Shown here: one piece after another, positions 19,301 through 29,900 of the stretch
How the letters are laid out: each line of letters begins with the position of its first letter
Numbering within the stretch: the first letter of the stretch is position 1
Assembly: GCA_050250895.1 (NCBI GenBank)
Contig: JBFWNU010000001.1
Location: 3,347,557 to 3,411,556 of the forward strand
DNA length: 64,000 nucleotides
Direction of reading: 5' to 3'
Source of the DNA: Vulcanimicrobiota bacterium
GTDB taxonomy: Bacteria > Vulcanimicrobiota > Xenobia > Xenobiales > JADMJV01
Made by a program: the position numbers and the translations under genes
The notes under the pieces: model-generated
Told to the model about the DNA's origin: nothing
The model's database searches: none
The model's input: only the letters and a program-made list of their open reading frames with translations

Positions 19301-19868
19301 TGACGGGCAACTGGCCGTGGCTTTGAACACAGGCGGGACCGACTTTGGCTCGTTCACCTTTTTAGCCTCGGCCGGCCATCCGTTCGAACCCCGAAGTGCG
19401 GACGTCAACCACGACGGGCATGCCGACATCATCGTCAAACACGGGCCGCGCCTGTCCACAGTGTATTCCCTCTTCTTTTCCTTCTCGGGCATCCCCGACG
19501 ATCAGCCCCAATTTGACTATCACACCGCAGCGAAAGCCTTCGGAGGCACAGATTACGCGGGTGTCGGCCTGAGTTGTTGGCTGGGCGACGGCGCGGGTGG
19601 GTTGACCGAGGTCGGCTACCAGACTCTGCCGTGGTGGCTCGGCTCCACGATGGATATCGGCGATCTAGATGGCGACGGCGAGGTCGACGTGGCCCTCGGC
19701 GGGCATCTTCGCTCGGTGGTCGCGCTCTACAAAGGAGACGGGACAGGCCAGTTCACTCTATCAGGTAGTTGGGTCTTTCCCGGCGACCTGGGGGCCATCG
19801 CAGACCTCAACGGCGACGGCCGTTTTGACCTGGTGGGCGGCGGCCCGTTCAACCTGTTAGGAAAGTAG
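16338..19868 (+). CDS. Array lipoprotein 1: TolB/WD40-like 7-repeat propeller plus FG-GAP/VCBS repeat region
   Basis: Lipobox LLAGC; seven 'S.DG..V.F.S.A.NLV.GDTNG..D.F..D' repeats; many D(F/L)NGDG..D(L/I) FG-GAP motifs. Confidence 0.92.
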   Translation: MLLSRQFATLLMLLLLAGCGQLETGTSAAPDQPVAGLSGDGLIDYVRQGPTGSQVGLSQQAFGGERYVVFHTAEALISTDTNGVEDVYLMDLLLGNLERISLGVGGAQPDGASNWATVSIDGRYVAFESRAENLVAADGNGHQDVFLRDRTKGQTILVSQGGDGDSFDAQIAGLGTKLMFTSAATNLVPGDTNGQLDCFLYDLASTSLVRASLDRNGNQIEGSDSTDPAISYTGNQFVFASGGTNLPLYNGFRQIYGARVKNLKPFLLSYGPGNQPGTGHSSAPSIASFAKKVVFTSEAADLVAGDSNGVADLFVFNLDAAGVTRGSVDSSGNQLNGPSTVGALSGDGTKLAFITEASGAASGDGDAQPDAILKDLTTGQTTLVSRDSGGTKANGASGGVSVSLSGARATFGTLATNLQPFDTTNDGDIYVHQPDVGNTILASQAFQPSTGFAGQRTLTVEYRGIPQFIDVNNDGRIDLIWVDRSGSGRSGLIQVALGQADGFGTPTSTGIIADYVTVGQFGGDANIDLVCLSDRDLSWAVGDGTGSFATPTAITTFSTLSRSLFYGLVTADFNGDGYDDILAQRYRQSPSGSPGTDYSQGLIVSGNGAGIFAAPVTVAIEGSIAGLRVGRLDSDSRADLVTLEVVNYDTYSYKLHTRLGTGTTVTTDITTTDDVVSFNLGDYNSDGIDDVVIGLYVNGVHLFLGNGSGGFVHQADYVLPRSATISEPMIADVTGDLVPDLVFDKQYRLEVIPGNGVDLSGTPQVIFPGELRGPLRLLDADDDGDLDLLAMAVQSNTTSADVMVLPNLGGNFWPYSSSPARFAALGDFLGNLFLDVVYATSDATVFEGDGAGGLQAGSGSPLSLAGAEQLIRGDFNKDGLLDLIELDDYSRGTGSQVFLSSGGGSFTAGQTLSISEGGRAADIDGDGDLDVALATTAGLAIWVGVGDGTFTAGPVLPLTYESFFDDEHLELVDLNEDGRLDLVVGRRFDGQLAVALNTGGTDFGSFTFLASAGHPFEPRSADVNHDGHADIIVKHGPRLSTVYSLFFSFSGIPDDQPQFDYHTAAKAFGGTDYAGVGLSCWLGDGAGGLTEVGYQTLPWWLGSTMDIGDLDGDGEVDVALGGHLRSVVALYKGDGTGQFTLSGSWVFPGDLGAIADLNGDGRFDLVGGGPFNLLGK

Positions 19869-19870
19869 CC

Positions 19871-22800
19871 GTGCACCGACTTCTAGGCATCCTCCTCATC
19901 CTCGCTCTGGCCGGCTGCGGCCAGCTCGAAACGGGCACATCCACGACGCCCGACCCAGTGGCGGGCTTGAGCGGCGATGGCCTCGTCGACTATGTGCGCC
20001 AGGGCCCTACTGGCAGTCAGGTGGGCCTGTCCCAACAGGCCTTCGGAGGCGAGCGCTATGTGGTCTTTCACACTGCCGAAGCGCTCATTTCCACCGACAC
20101 CAACGGGGTCGAAGACGTCTATCTGATGGACCTGCTGCTGGGCAACCTCGAGCGCATCAGTCTGGGTGTGGGCGGAGCCCAGCCCGACGGGGCCAGCAAC
20201 TGGGCCACCGTCAGCATCGACGGCCGCTATGTGGCCTTCGAATCGCGGGCCGAGAACCTGGTGGCGACCGACGGCAACGGCCATCAAGACGTGTTCTTGC
20301 GCGACCGCACCAAAGGCCAGACTATTCTGGTCAGCCAGGGCGGCGACGGCGATAGCTTCGACGCGCAGATCTCTGGTCTCGGCACCAAGCTGATGTTCAC
20401 CTCGGCCGCTACCAACCTGGTGGCCGGCGACACCAACGGCCATCTCGACTGCTTTCTCTACGACCTGGCCACCACCAACCTGGTACGGGCCAGCCTCGAC
20501 CGCAACGGCAATCAGATCGAGGGCTCGGATTCGACCGACCCGGCCATCAGCTATACCGGCAACCAGTTCGTCTTTGCCTCGACCGGCACCAACCTGCCCC
20601 TCTACAACGGCTTTCGCCAGATCTACGGAGCTCGCGTAAAGAATCTCAAGCCTTTCTTGCTGAGCTATGGGCCGGGCAACCAGCCCGGCACCGGCCACAG
20701 CTCGGCCCCGTCGATTGCCGCCCAGGCCAAGAAGGTCGTCTTCACTTCCGAGGCCTCCGATCTGGTCGCTGGCGACAGCAACGGCGTGGCCGACCTGTTC
20801 GTCTTCGACCTCGACGCGGCCGGAGTGACCCGGGTTTCGCTCGACTCGAGCGGTAACCAGCTCAACGGCCCCAGCACGGTGGGTGCGCTCAGTGGCGACG
20901 GCACCAAGCTGGCCTTCATCACCGAGGCCAGCGGAGCGGCCAGCGGCGACGGCGACACCCAACCCGACGCCATCTTGAAAGACCTGACCACCGGCCAGAC
21001 CACCCTCGTCAGCCGCGATAGCAGCGGCACCAAGGCCAACGGCGCCTCGGGCGGGGTGAGTGTGAGCCTCTCAGGAGCCAGAGCGGTCTTCGGCACCCTG
21101 GCCACGAACCTGCAGCCGTTCGACACCACCAACGACGGCGACATCTACGTGCACCAGCCCGATGTGGGCAACACCATTCTGGCCAGCCAGGCTTTTCAAC
21201 CGTCGACCGGGTTCGCTGGGCGGCGCAGTATCAACATTGAGTTGTATGAGTCGTTCAGTGGATTTACTGAGCTTGTTCGCAGCCATATCCAAACGGTGGA
21301 TCTCAACCATGACGACATCCTCGACTTGATCTGGTGCGACCGCAGCCGCGCGGTCCATGTGGCCCTGGGCCGCGCCGACGGCTTTGAAACCCCGACGACG
21401 CTAGCTATCACGGCCAGTCATATAGCGGTTGGTCAATTCGGGGGGGATGCGAACCTGGATTTGGTCTACGTCTCGGGTCGCGCACTTGGCTGGGCTACAG
21501 GGGATGGCACCGGCGGCTTCACCAGTCCGACTGCGATTACGACCTTTCCAAGTTTAACGGGCTCGGTGACCTACGGTCTGGTCTCGGCTGACTTGAATCA
21601 CGACGGATTTGACGACGTGTTGACCACCCGCTTTAGCCACCCGCTTTTTGGCGCTAGCGGCCCAGGTACCGGACAGTTCTTGCTCGTCAACGGCAACGGA
21701 GCCGGAGGCTTTTCGTCGACCACGGTGCTGAGCGCAAGCGGCTCGGTGGCCAGCCTGCGAGTCGGGAGACTGGATGGTGATAACCTACCCGATCTGGTCA
21801 CTCTCTCCGTGCTCGATTACGACACCGATTCTTTTCGCATCAATGTTAGGCTGGGCACCGGCGCCACCGTGACTACGGATATCAGCCCTGGCAGAGTGGT
21901 CAGCTATAATTTAGGAGACTACAACGGCGACGGAATCGACGACCTCGTGACCGGATTGCGCATCGGCGGTGTCAATCTCTACCTGGGCGACGGTAGCGGG
22001 AGGTTCGTCCATCAAGCCGACTACGTTGGCGCGTTCGGAACTGTATCGGAGCCACTGATTGCCGACGTGACGGGCGACACAATTCCTGACCTGGTCATGG
22101 ATAGGCTGACATCGGTTGAAATGATTCCCGGCAACGGCGTCGACTTGAGTGGGACGCCCGAGGTGGTCTTTCCCGGCAGACTGAAGGGACCGATGCGACT
22201 GGTTGATGCGAATGGAGACGGTTCGCTCGACCTCGTGGCGATGGCCGTCCAGGGCACCACGCTCGTCGATTCCTCCTACCATGGGAGCGTCGACGTTCTG
22301 GTGCTTCCGAACTTGGGAGGGAGGTTTTGGCCCTACACCTCGTTCCCTACCGAGTCTGCTCTATTGGGGGATTTTGTAAGCAACCTTCTGCTCGATGTCA
22401 TCTACACGTATTCCGATGCACGCGCGTATGGCGGGGACGGCCAGGGCGGATTGAAGCCCGTCGCAAGTTTCTCTCTCTGGCCCGAGGGGCCTGACCAGGT
22501 GGTCCGCGGTGACTTCAACAGCGACGGGCTGTTGGACTTCGTAGCCCTGGACTCGTACAGCCCGGTCGGAACCAGGGTCTTCCTCTCCTCCGGAGGCGGG
22601 TTGTTTACCGAGGGCCAATTGCTCGACGCAAGTAGCGGCGGACGAACGGCCGATTTGGATGGCGACGGAGACCTGGACCTGGCGCTGGCGAGCAGCGCCA
22701 GCGGGGTCAGAATCTGGCTCGGTGTCGGTAGCGGCACCTTTTCTGCTGGTCCGACTCTCTCGCTGACCGATGCGGAACATCTTGAGTTGGTAGACTTGAA

Positions 22801-23401
22801 CGAGGACGGCCGTCTCGACCTCGTGGTGGGGCGGAGAACTCAGAAGCAACTGGGAGTCGCCCTCAACACCGGAGAAGGTACGTTTGGTTCGGTCACGCTT
22901 CTGCCCTCGACCGGCGAGCCGTTCGAGCCGCGCGCCGCAGATGTGAACCACGATGGACATGCCGATCTAATCGTCAAGTACGGAACCCGTGGTGACCGGA
23001 AATTCTTCGCCTTTCTCGGGTCTCCACCCAGCCAGCCTCAGTATGACTATCACGCCGCCGCCGACCCCACGGGCGGAGAGGCGTATGTCCCGAACGCCGC
23101 TTTGGGATGTTGGCTCGGAGACGGCACGGGCGGTTTGATCGAGACCGGGTATCAAAACGTGCCCGAGTGGCTCAGTTCCAGCATAGAGATCGCTGACTTC
23201 GACGGCGACGGCGAGGTCGACGTGGCCTTCGGCGGCTATCCCCGCTCCGTGGTCGCGCTTTACAAAGGAGACGGGACCGGCCAGTTCACCCAGGGAGAGA
23301 GCTGGATCTTTCCCGGCAGCCTGGGGGCCATCGCAGACCTGAACGGCGACGGCCGTTTTGACCTGGTGGGCGGCGGCCCGTTCAACCTGTTAGGAAAGTG
23401 A
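19871..23401 (+). CDS. Array lipoprotein 2 (TolB-like propeller plus FG-GAP repeats)
   Basis: Near-identical N-terminal ~440 aa to copy 1, divergent FG-GAP region, ends GGGPFNLLGK. Confidence 0.92.
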   Translation: MHRLLGILLILALAGCGQLETGTSTTPDPVAGLSGDGLVDYVRQGPTGSQVGLSQQAFGGERYVVFHTAEALISTDTNGVEDVYLMDLLLGNLERISLGVGGAQPDGASNWATVSIDGRYVAFESRAENLVATDGNGHQDVFLRDRTKGQTILVSQGGDGDSFDAQISGLGTKLMFTSAATNLVAGDTNGHLDCFLYDLATTNLVRASLDRNGNQIEGSDSTDPAISYTGNQFVFASTGTNLPLYNGFRQIYGARVKNLKPFLLSYGPGNQPGTGHSSAPSIAAQAKKVVFTSEASDLVAGDSNGVADLFVFDLDAAGVTRVSLDSSGNQLNGPSTVGALSGDGTKLAFITEASGAASGDGDTQPDAILKDLTTGQTTLVSRDSSGTKANGASGGVSVSLSGARAVFGTLATNLQPFDTTNDGDIYVHQPDVGNTILASQAFQPSTGFAGRRSINIELYESFSGFTELVRSHIQTVDLNHDDILDLIWCDRSRAVHVALGRADGFETPTTLAITASHIAVGQFGGDANLDLVYVSGRALGWATGDGTGGFTSPTAITTFPSLTGSVTYGLVSADLNHDGFDDVLTTRFSHPLFGASGPGTGQFLLVNGNGAGGFSSTTVLSASGSVASLRVGRLDGDNLPDLVTLSVLDYDTDSFRINVRLGTGATVTTDISPGRVVSYNLGDYNGDGIDDLVTGLRIGGVNLYLGDGSGRFVHQADYVGAFGTVSEPLIADVTGDTIPDLVMDRLTSVEMIPGNGVDLSGTPEVVFPGRLKGPMRLVDANGDGSLDLVAMAVQGTTLVDSSYHGSVDVLVLPNLGGRFWPYTSFPTESALLGDFVSNLLLDVIYTYSDARAYGGDGQGGLKPVASFSLWPEGPDQVVRGDFNSDGLLDFVALDSYSPVGTRVFLSSGGGLFTEGQLLDASSGGRTADLDGDGDLDLALASSASGVRIWLGVGSGTFSAGPTLSLTDAEHLELVDLNEDGRLDLVVGRRTQKQLGVALNTGEGTFGSVTLLPSTGEPFEPRAADVNHDGHADLIVKYGTRGDRKFFAFLGSPPSQPQYDYHAAADPTGGEAYVPNAALGCWLGDGTGGLIETGYQNVPEWLSSSIEIADFDGDGEVDVAFGGYPRSVVALYKGDGTGQFTQGESWIFPGSLGAIADLNGDGRFDLVGGGPFNLLGK

Positions 23402-23403
23402 CC

Positions 23404-26400
23404 ATGCAGCGACTTCTAGGCATCCTCCTCATTCTCGCCCTGGCCGGCTGCGGCCAGCTCGAAACGGGCACCTCGGCACGGCCCGACCAGCCCATGACGG
23501 GACTCAGTGGCGACGGCCTCGTCGACTATGTGCGCCAGGGCCCTACCGGCAGTCAAGTGGGCCTGTCGCAACAGGCCTTCGGAGGCGAGCGCTATGTGGT
23601 CTTTCACACCGCCGAAGCCCTGATTTCCACCGACACCAACGGGGTAGAAGACGTCTATCTGATGGACCTTCTCCTGGGCAACCTCGAGCGCATCAGTCTG
23701 GGCGTGGGCGGAGCCCAGCCCAACGGGGCCAGCAGCTGGGCCACCGTCAGTATCGACGGCCGCTATGTGGCCTTCGAGTCGCGGGCCGAGAACCTGGTGG
23801 CGACCGACGGCAATGGCCATCAAGACGTGTTCTTGCGCGACCGCACCAAAGGCCAGACCATTCTGGTCAGTAAAGGCGGCGACGGCGACAGCTTCGACGC
23901 CCAGATCTCGGGCCTGGGGCTCAAGTTGATGTTCACCTCGGCCGCTACCAATCTGGTGCCCGGCGACACCAACGGACATCTGGACTGCTTTCTCTACGAC
24001 CTGGCCAGCACCAGTCTGGTGCGGGCCAGCCTGGACCGCAACGGCAACCAGATCGAGGGCTCCGACTCGACCGACCCGGCCATCAGCTATACCGGCAACC
24101 AGTTCGTCTTCGCCTCGGCCGGAACCAACCTGCCCCTCTACAACGGCTTTCGCCAGATCTACGGCGTGAAAGTCAAGAACCTCAAGCCGTTCTTGCTCAG
24201 CTATGGGCCGGGCAACCAGCCCGGCAACGGGCACAGCTCGGCCCCGTCGATTGCCGCCCAGGCCAAGAAGGTCGTCTTCACGTCCGAGGCCGCCGACCTG
24301 GTCGCGGACGACAGCAACGGCGTCGCTGACCTGTTCGTGTTCGACCTCGACGCGGCCGGGGTGAGCCGCGCCTCGCTCGACTCGAGCGGCAACCAGCTCA
24401 ACGGCCCCAGCACGGTGGGCGCCCTCAGTGGCGACGGCACCAAGCTGGCCTTCATCACCGAGGCCAGCGGAGCGGCCAGCGGCGACGGCGACACCCAACC
24501 CGACGCCATCTTGAAAGACCTGACCACCGGCCAGACCACCCTCGTCAGCCGCGATAGCAGCGGCACCAAGGCCAACGGCGCCTCGGGCGGGGTGAGTGTG
24601 AGCCTCTCAGGAGCCAGAGCGGTCTTCGGCACCCTGGCCACGAACCTGCAGCCGTTCGACACCACCAACGACGGCGACATCTATGTGCACCAGCCCGATG
24701 TGGGCAATACCATCCTGGCCAGCCAGGCTTTTCAGCCGGCGACGGGCTTTGCGGGGCGGCGCAGTATCACCATCGAGTATAGCCAGGTTCCGCAGGCGGG
24801 TGACCTCAACGACGACGGCCACCTAGATCTGGTCTGGGTGGACGACGACCATGACGTGTATGTGTCGATGGGCAGCGAGACAGGGTTCGAGCAGCCGGTG
24901 GCTCAGGGGTTTTCGGCAACCCACTTCTGCGTCGGGGATTTTGACGCAGATGAGGTGCTCGACCTGGCCTACTCTGTATCCTCGTCGCGAAGCATCCGTC
25001 TCGCCAAGGGCAACGGTTCAGGTCAGTTACAGGGAGGAGCATCGACCCTCGCTTCCGTGACTCCACCGGTTCCAATTCCTCCAACGTTTCCCCCTGTATT
25101 TCCCCCAATCAACCCTGTCTCGATCGAAGGCGTGTATGCTACTAGACTCGCAGGTCAAGACGGTATCCTCGTTACCTACTCCGTGACTTCCCCCGCCTAC
25201 CAGGGATATCAATTCTTCGCTCCAGACGGGAGCGGAAACTATGTGCAATCCTCGGGGCACGAATTGTCGGGCTCGCTCGCGAGCATCCGCTTTGGGAATA
25301 TCGATGGAAGCGAGTGGACCAAGGTGGTCACGTTCTCAGTGCCCGACCAGGCCAACCCAAATTATCGAGCTCACGTTTTGAACGCCTGGTATGGCACGAC
25401 GACGACCACCACCCTCGACCACGGCGGCGTGACAGGAGTGACCCTGGCCGACTGGAACAGGGATGGTTTCGATGACCTTATCACGACCTGCTTCACCTCC
25501 TACTCCTATGACCCTATCCCCGGTGTCAAGCTCTACCTGGGGGATGGGTCGGGCGCCTTCGCACTGGCGGACACCACCCTCACCGGCGACGCTCAAGAAC
25601 CTCTGGTTGCCGACCTGACTGGCGACGGCAAGGTGGATCTGGTGGTCGACGATGGGAGCGGTTTGCTCCTGATCGAGGGCAACGGGGCGGACTTGAGCGG
25701 ACCGCAACGGCGGGTTTTTCCCTTCTCGCCGCGCGGGGTAAGCCAGTTGGTCGACGAGAACGGGGACGCCCACCCCGATCTGCTGACGCTCACCTACGAT
25801 GAGGCTGCCATCTGGCTCGGTCTTCCTTCCGGGGCTTTCTGGCCCGAGGTTACTGCGACACGAACGGTATCCATTAACACAAACACCGGCGTGGTCGGAG
25901 ATTTCGGACTGGATTTGTGGTTGGATGCCGTCACCGGTCTCAAGTCCGCCGCGTTTTTTCTGGCGGGCGATGGCGCGGGGTCGTTGGGCCCTGCTTGGGG
26001 CTTTGACTTTGGAGTGGGAGTGACGGGCTCCTTCGAGCTTGCTGTCGAGGATCTCAATCGGGACGGCCTCTTAGACCTGGTGGCCCAGTCGTCGACTTCT
26101 ACCGGCTTTTTGCAAGGGGTGGGAGATGGAACCTTCGTCGCGGCTGCGACGGCCTCGGGAGGCCAGGGCCTGCGGGTGGCTGACCTCGATCGGGACGGCC
26201 GACTCGATCTGATCATCGCCACCCCTGCGGCCATCGAAGTCTGGCGGGGCCAAGCCAGCGGCTTTACCCTCTGGCAGACTCGTCCCGTGGCCGGGGACGC
26301 GAAGTGCCCCGAGTTGATGGACCTCAACGAGGATGGCTGGCTGGATCTGGTGGTCACGACCGGCCTCGGCGGGGAATACTCCTCATCGAATCCCACTTCG

Positions 26401-26940
26401 GACGCTTTGATGGTGGCACTGGGCCAGAATGGGGGACTTCTAGATGATTTCGTCGCCCTTCCCTGTCAGGGTCACCCGACCCGTTTGTGTCGAGCAGATG
26501 TGAACAATGATGGACACCAGGACCTGGTGGCAGTCTGCCCTTCGCTGTCAAACTACGTTGGATTTGTCGACACCTGGAACCCTCTCCAGGAAGATTTCCA
26601 TCCACCCTTTGCTTCGCCTTTCATCTTGCCAGGGTCAGGCCTGATGTGTTGGCTGGGAGACGGTCAGGGCGGACTCACTCAGGTCTTTCAGCAGAACCTG
26701 CCCGTTCCGTTGAGAAGCTTCAATTTCCAGGTGCGCGACTTTGACGGGGACGGCTTCGCTGATGTCGCTATCGCCGGTCAGACGCGCTCGCTGGTAGCCA
26801 TCTTTCGCGGTGACGGCACTGGCCAGTTCACCCATCAAGCGAACTGGCAGTTTCCCGCTCCTTTCACGGCCGTGTCTGACCTCAATGGGGACGGTCGCTG
26901 GGATCTGGTGGGTGGCTCCTCTGTGTTGTTAGGAAAGTGA
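23404..26940 (+). CDS. Array lipoprotein 3 (TolB-like propeller plus FG-GAP repeats, Pro-rich insert)
   Basis: ATG at 23404 after AGGAAAG. Conserved N-terminus; strongly divergent C-terminus with VTPPVPIPPTFPPVFPPINP insert. Confidence 0.92.
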   Translation: MQRLLGILLILALAGCGQLETGTSARPDQPMTGLSGDGLVDYVRQGPTGSQVGLSQQAFGGERYVVFHTAEALISTDTNGVEDVYLMDLLLGNLERISLGVGGAQPNGASSWATVSIDGRYVAFESRAENLVATDGNGHQDVFLRDRTKGQTILVSKGGDGDSFDAQISGLGLKLMFTSAATNLVPGDTNGHLDCFLYDLASTSLVRASLDRNGNQIEGSDSTDPAISYTGNQFVFASAGTNLPLYNGFRQIYGVKVKNLKPFLLSYGPGNQPGNGHSSAPSIAAQAKKVVFTSEAADLVADDSNGVADLFVFDLDAAGVSRASLDSSGNQLNGPSTVGALSGDGTKLAFITEASGAASGDGDTQPDAILKDLTTGQTTLVSRDSSGTKANGASGGVSVSLSGARAVFGTLATNLQPFDTTNDGDIYVHQPDVGNTILASQAFQPATGFAGRRSITIEYSQVPQAGDLNDDGHLDLVWVDDDHDVYVSMGSETGFEQPVAQGFSATHFCVGDFDADEVLDLAYSVSSSRSIRLAKGNGSGQLQGGASTLASVTPPVPIPPTFPPVFPPINPVSIEGVYATRLAGQDGILVTYSVTSPAYQGYQFFAPDGSGNYVQSSGHELSGSLASIRFGNIDGSEWTKVVTFSVPDQANPNYRAHVLNAWYGTTTTTTLDHGGVTGVTLADWNRDGFDDLITTCFTSYSYDPIPGVKLYLGDGSGAFALADTTLTGDAQEPLVADLTGDGKVDLVVDDGSGLLLIEGNGADLSGPQRRVFPFSPRGVSQLVDENGDAHPDLLTLTYDEAAIWLGLPSGAFWPEVTATRTVSINTNTGVVGDFGLDLWLDAVTGLKSAAFFLAGDGAGSLGPAWGFDFGVGVTGSFELAVEDLNRDGLLDLVAQSSTSTGFLQGVGDGTFVAAATASGGQGLRVADLDRDGRLDLIIATPAAIEVWRGQASGFTLWQTRPVAGDAKCPELMDLNEDGWLDLVVTTGLGGEYSSSNPTSDALMVALGQNGGLLDDFVALPCQGHPTRLCRADVNNDGHQDLVAVCPSLSNYVGFVDTWNPLQEDFHPPFASPFILPGSGLMCWLGDGQGGLTQVFQQNLPVPLRSFNFQVRDFDGDGFADVAIAGQTRSLVAIFRGDGTGQFTHQANWQFPAPFTAVSDLNGDGRWDLVGGSSVLLGK

Positions 26941-26942
26941 CC

Positions 26943-29900
26943 ATGCAGCGACTTCTAGGCATCCTCCTCATTCTCGCCCTGGCCGGCTGCGGCCAACTCG
27001 AAACGGGCACATCCACGACGCCCGACCCAGTGGCGGGCTTGAGCGGCGACGGCCTCATCGACTATGTGCGCCAGGGCCCTACAGGCAGTCAGGTGGGCCT
27101 GTCCCAGCAGGCCTTCGGAGGCGAGCGCTATGTGGTCTTCCACACCGCTGAAGCGCTCATCTCGACCGACACCAACGGGATGGAAGATGTCTATCTGATG
27201 GACCTTCTGCTGGGCAACCTCGAGCGCATCAGTCTGGGCGTGGGCGGAGCCCAGCCCGACGGGGCCAGCAGCTGGGCCACCGTCAGTATCGACGGCCGCT
27301 ATGTGGCCTTCGAGTCGCGGGCCGAAAACCTGGTGGCGACCGACGGCAACGGCCACCAAGACGTGTTCTTGCGCGACCGCACCAAAGGCCAGACCATCCT
27401 GGTCAGCAACGGCGGCGACGGCGACAGCTTCGACGCCCAGATCTCGGGCCTGGGGCTCAAGTTGATGTTCACCTCGGCCGCTACCAATCTGGTGCCCGGC
27501 GACACCAACGGACAACTCGACTGCTTTCTCTACGACCTGGCCAGCACCAGTCTGGTGCGGGCCAGCCTGGACCGCAACGGCAACCAGATCGAGGGCTCGG
27601 ACTCGACCGACCCGGCCATCAGCTATACCGGCAACCAGTTCGTCTTCGCCTCGGCCGGAACCAACCTGCCTCTTTACAACGGCTTTCGCCAGATCTACGG
27701 GGTGAAAGTCAAGAACCTCAAGCCGTTCTTGCTTAGCTATGGGCCGGGCAACCAGCCCGGCAACGGGCACAGCTCGGCCCCGTCGATTGCCGCCCAGGCC
27801 AAGAAGGTCGTCTTCACGTCCGAGGCCGCCGACCTGGTCGCGGACGACAGCAACGGCGTGGCCGACCTGTTCGTGTTCGACCTCGACGCAGCCGGGGTGA
27901 CCCGGGGCTCGCTCGATTCGGGCGGTAACCAGCTCAACGGCCCCAGCACGGTGGGCGCCCTCAGTGGCGACGGCACCCAGCTGGCCTTCATCACCGAGGC
28001 CAGCGGGGCCGCCAGCGGCGACGGCGACGCCCAACCCGACGCCATCTTGAAAGACCTGACCACCGGCCAGACCACCCTCGTCAGCCGCGATAGCAGCGGC
28101 ACCAAAGCCAACGGACCCTCGGGCGGGGTGAGCGTGAGCCTCTCAGGAGCCAGAGCGGTCTTCGGCACCCTGGCCACGAACCTGCAGCCGTTCGACACTA
28201 CCAACGACGGCGACATCTATGTGCACCAACCCGATGTTGGCAACACCATCCTGGCCAGCCAGGCTTTTCAGTCGTCGACGGGGTTTGAGGGACGGCGCAC
28301 CTTGACGATCCAATACCAGGGGATCCCCGAGACAGTCGATGTGAACAACGACGGACGCATTGATCTCATCTGGGTCGACCGCGACAGCTATGGGAGTCTA
28401 GGGACCGTCCAGGTGGCTCTGGGTGAGACCGATGGATTCGGGACGCCAATCTCCACCGGAATCATCGCCAACTATGTAGCCGTAGGTCAGTTCGGTGGAG
28501 ACGCCAATCTAGACCTGGTTTGCCTCGGCGGCCGCGCTCTCTCATTGGCTCTTGGCGATGGCAGCGGTGGTTTTGCGACACCCACCGCCGTCACAACCTT
28601 TCCGTATCTGTCCTTTTCGACTTTCTACGGGTTGGTGACGGCGGACTTCAACGGTGACGGTCACGACGATATCTTGGCGCAGCGCTACAAGCAGAGTCCG
28701 ACCGGCTCGCCCGGAACCGACTACAGTCAGGGGCTGATCGTGACCGGCAATGGCGCGGGTATCTTTGCTGCTCCGGTTACCGTGCCCATAGAAGGCTCCG
28801 TGGCGGGTCTACGGGTGGGCCGACTCGACAACGATAATCGTGCCGATCTGGTGACCCTCGAAGTGGTGAACTACGACACCAACCTGTACAAGGTTCACAG
28901 TCGACTAGGCACGGGCACGACCGTGATTACCGACATCGCCACGCTCGATGACGTGGTGAGTTTCAACCTCGGCGACTATAACAGTGACGGAATTGACGAC
29001 CTCGTGATCGGGCTCTACGCCAAGGGGGTCCAACTCTATCTTGGTGACGGCGCTGGGGGCTTCGTCCATCAGGCGGACTACGTCCTGGCTGAGCCGGCTA
29101 CCGTCAGCGAGCCCACGATTGCCGACGTGACCGGCGACCTGGTGCCTGACCTGGTGTTCGATAAGCAATATCGGCTTGAGATGATTCCTGGGAATGGAGT
29201 GGACCTGAGCGGTACGCCCCAGGTTATCTTTCCTGGCGACCTCGGAGGCCCCCTGCGTGTGATCGACGCCGACGACGATGGCGACCTGGACCTTTTTGCG
29301 ATGGCCGTGCAGTCGGATACGACCAGCGCCGACGTCATGGTGCTGCCGAACCTCGGCGGCAACTTCTGGCCCTACTCGTCGTCGCCGGCCTGGTTCGCCC
29401 TGGTTGGCGACTTTCTGGGCAACTTGTTTCTCGACGCGGTCTATGCGGTCCGTGCGGACTATACTACACCCTTTGAAGGTGACGGAAAGGGAGGCCTGCA
29501 GGCGGGTCCTGGCTCGCCCATTCCCCTGGGTGGCGCGGAACAATTGCTCCGAGGAGACTTCAACAGTGATGGGTTGCTCGACCTGATCGTCGTGAGTGAC
29601 TCGTACGCGTGCGTCGTGTTCCTCGCCTCTGGCGGGGGAAGCTTCACCGCGGGCCAGACCCTACCGATCAGCGGGAGTGGCAGAGCCGCTGACATTGACG
29701 GCGACGGGGACCTCGACCTGGTCCTGGCCTGCATTTCGGGCGTGCAGGTCTGGGTAGGGAACGGCGACGGCACTTTTACGGCCGGGCCGATTCTGGCTGC
29801 CGATCTCGTTTTCGTTTCTGAAAGCGTGCACCTCGAGTTGGTGGATTTAAACGAGGATGGACGACTTGACCTGGTCTTGGGCCGGCGGTGGGACCGGCAA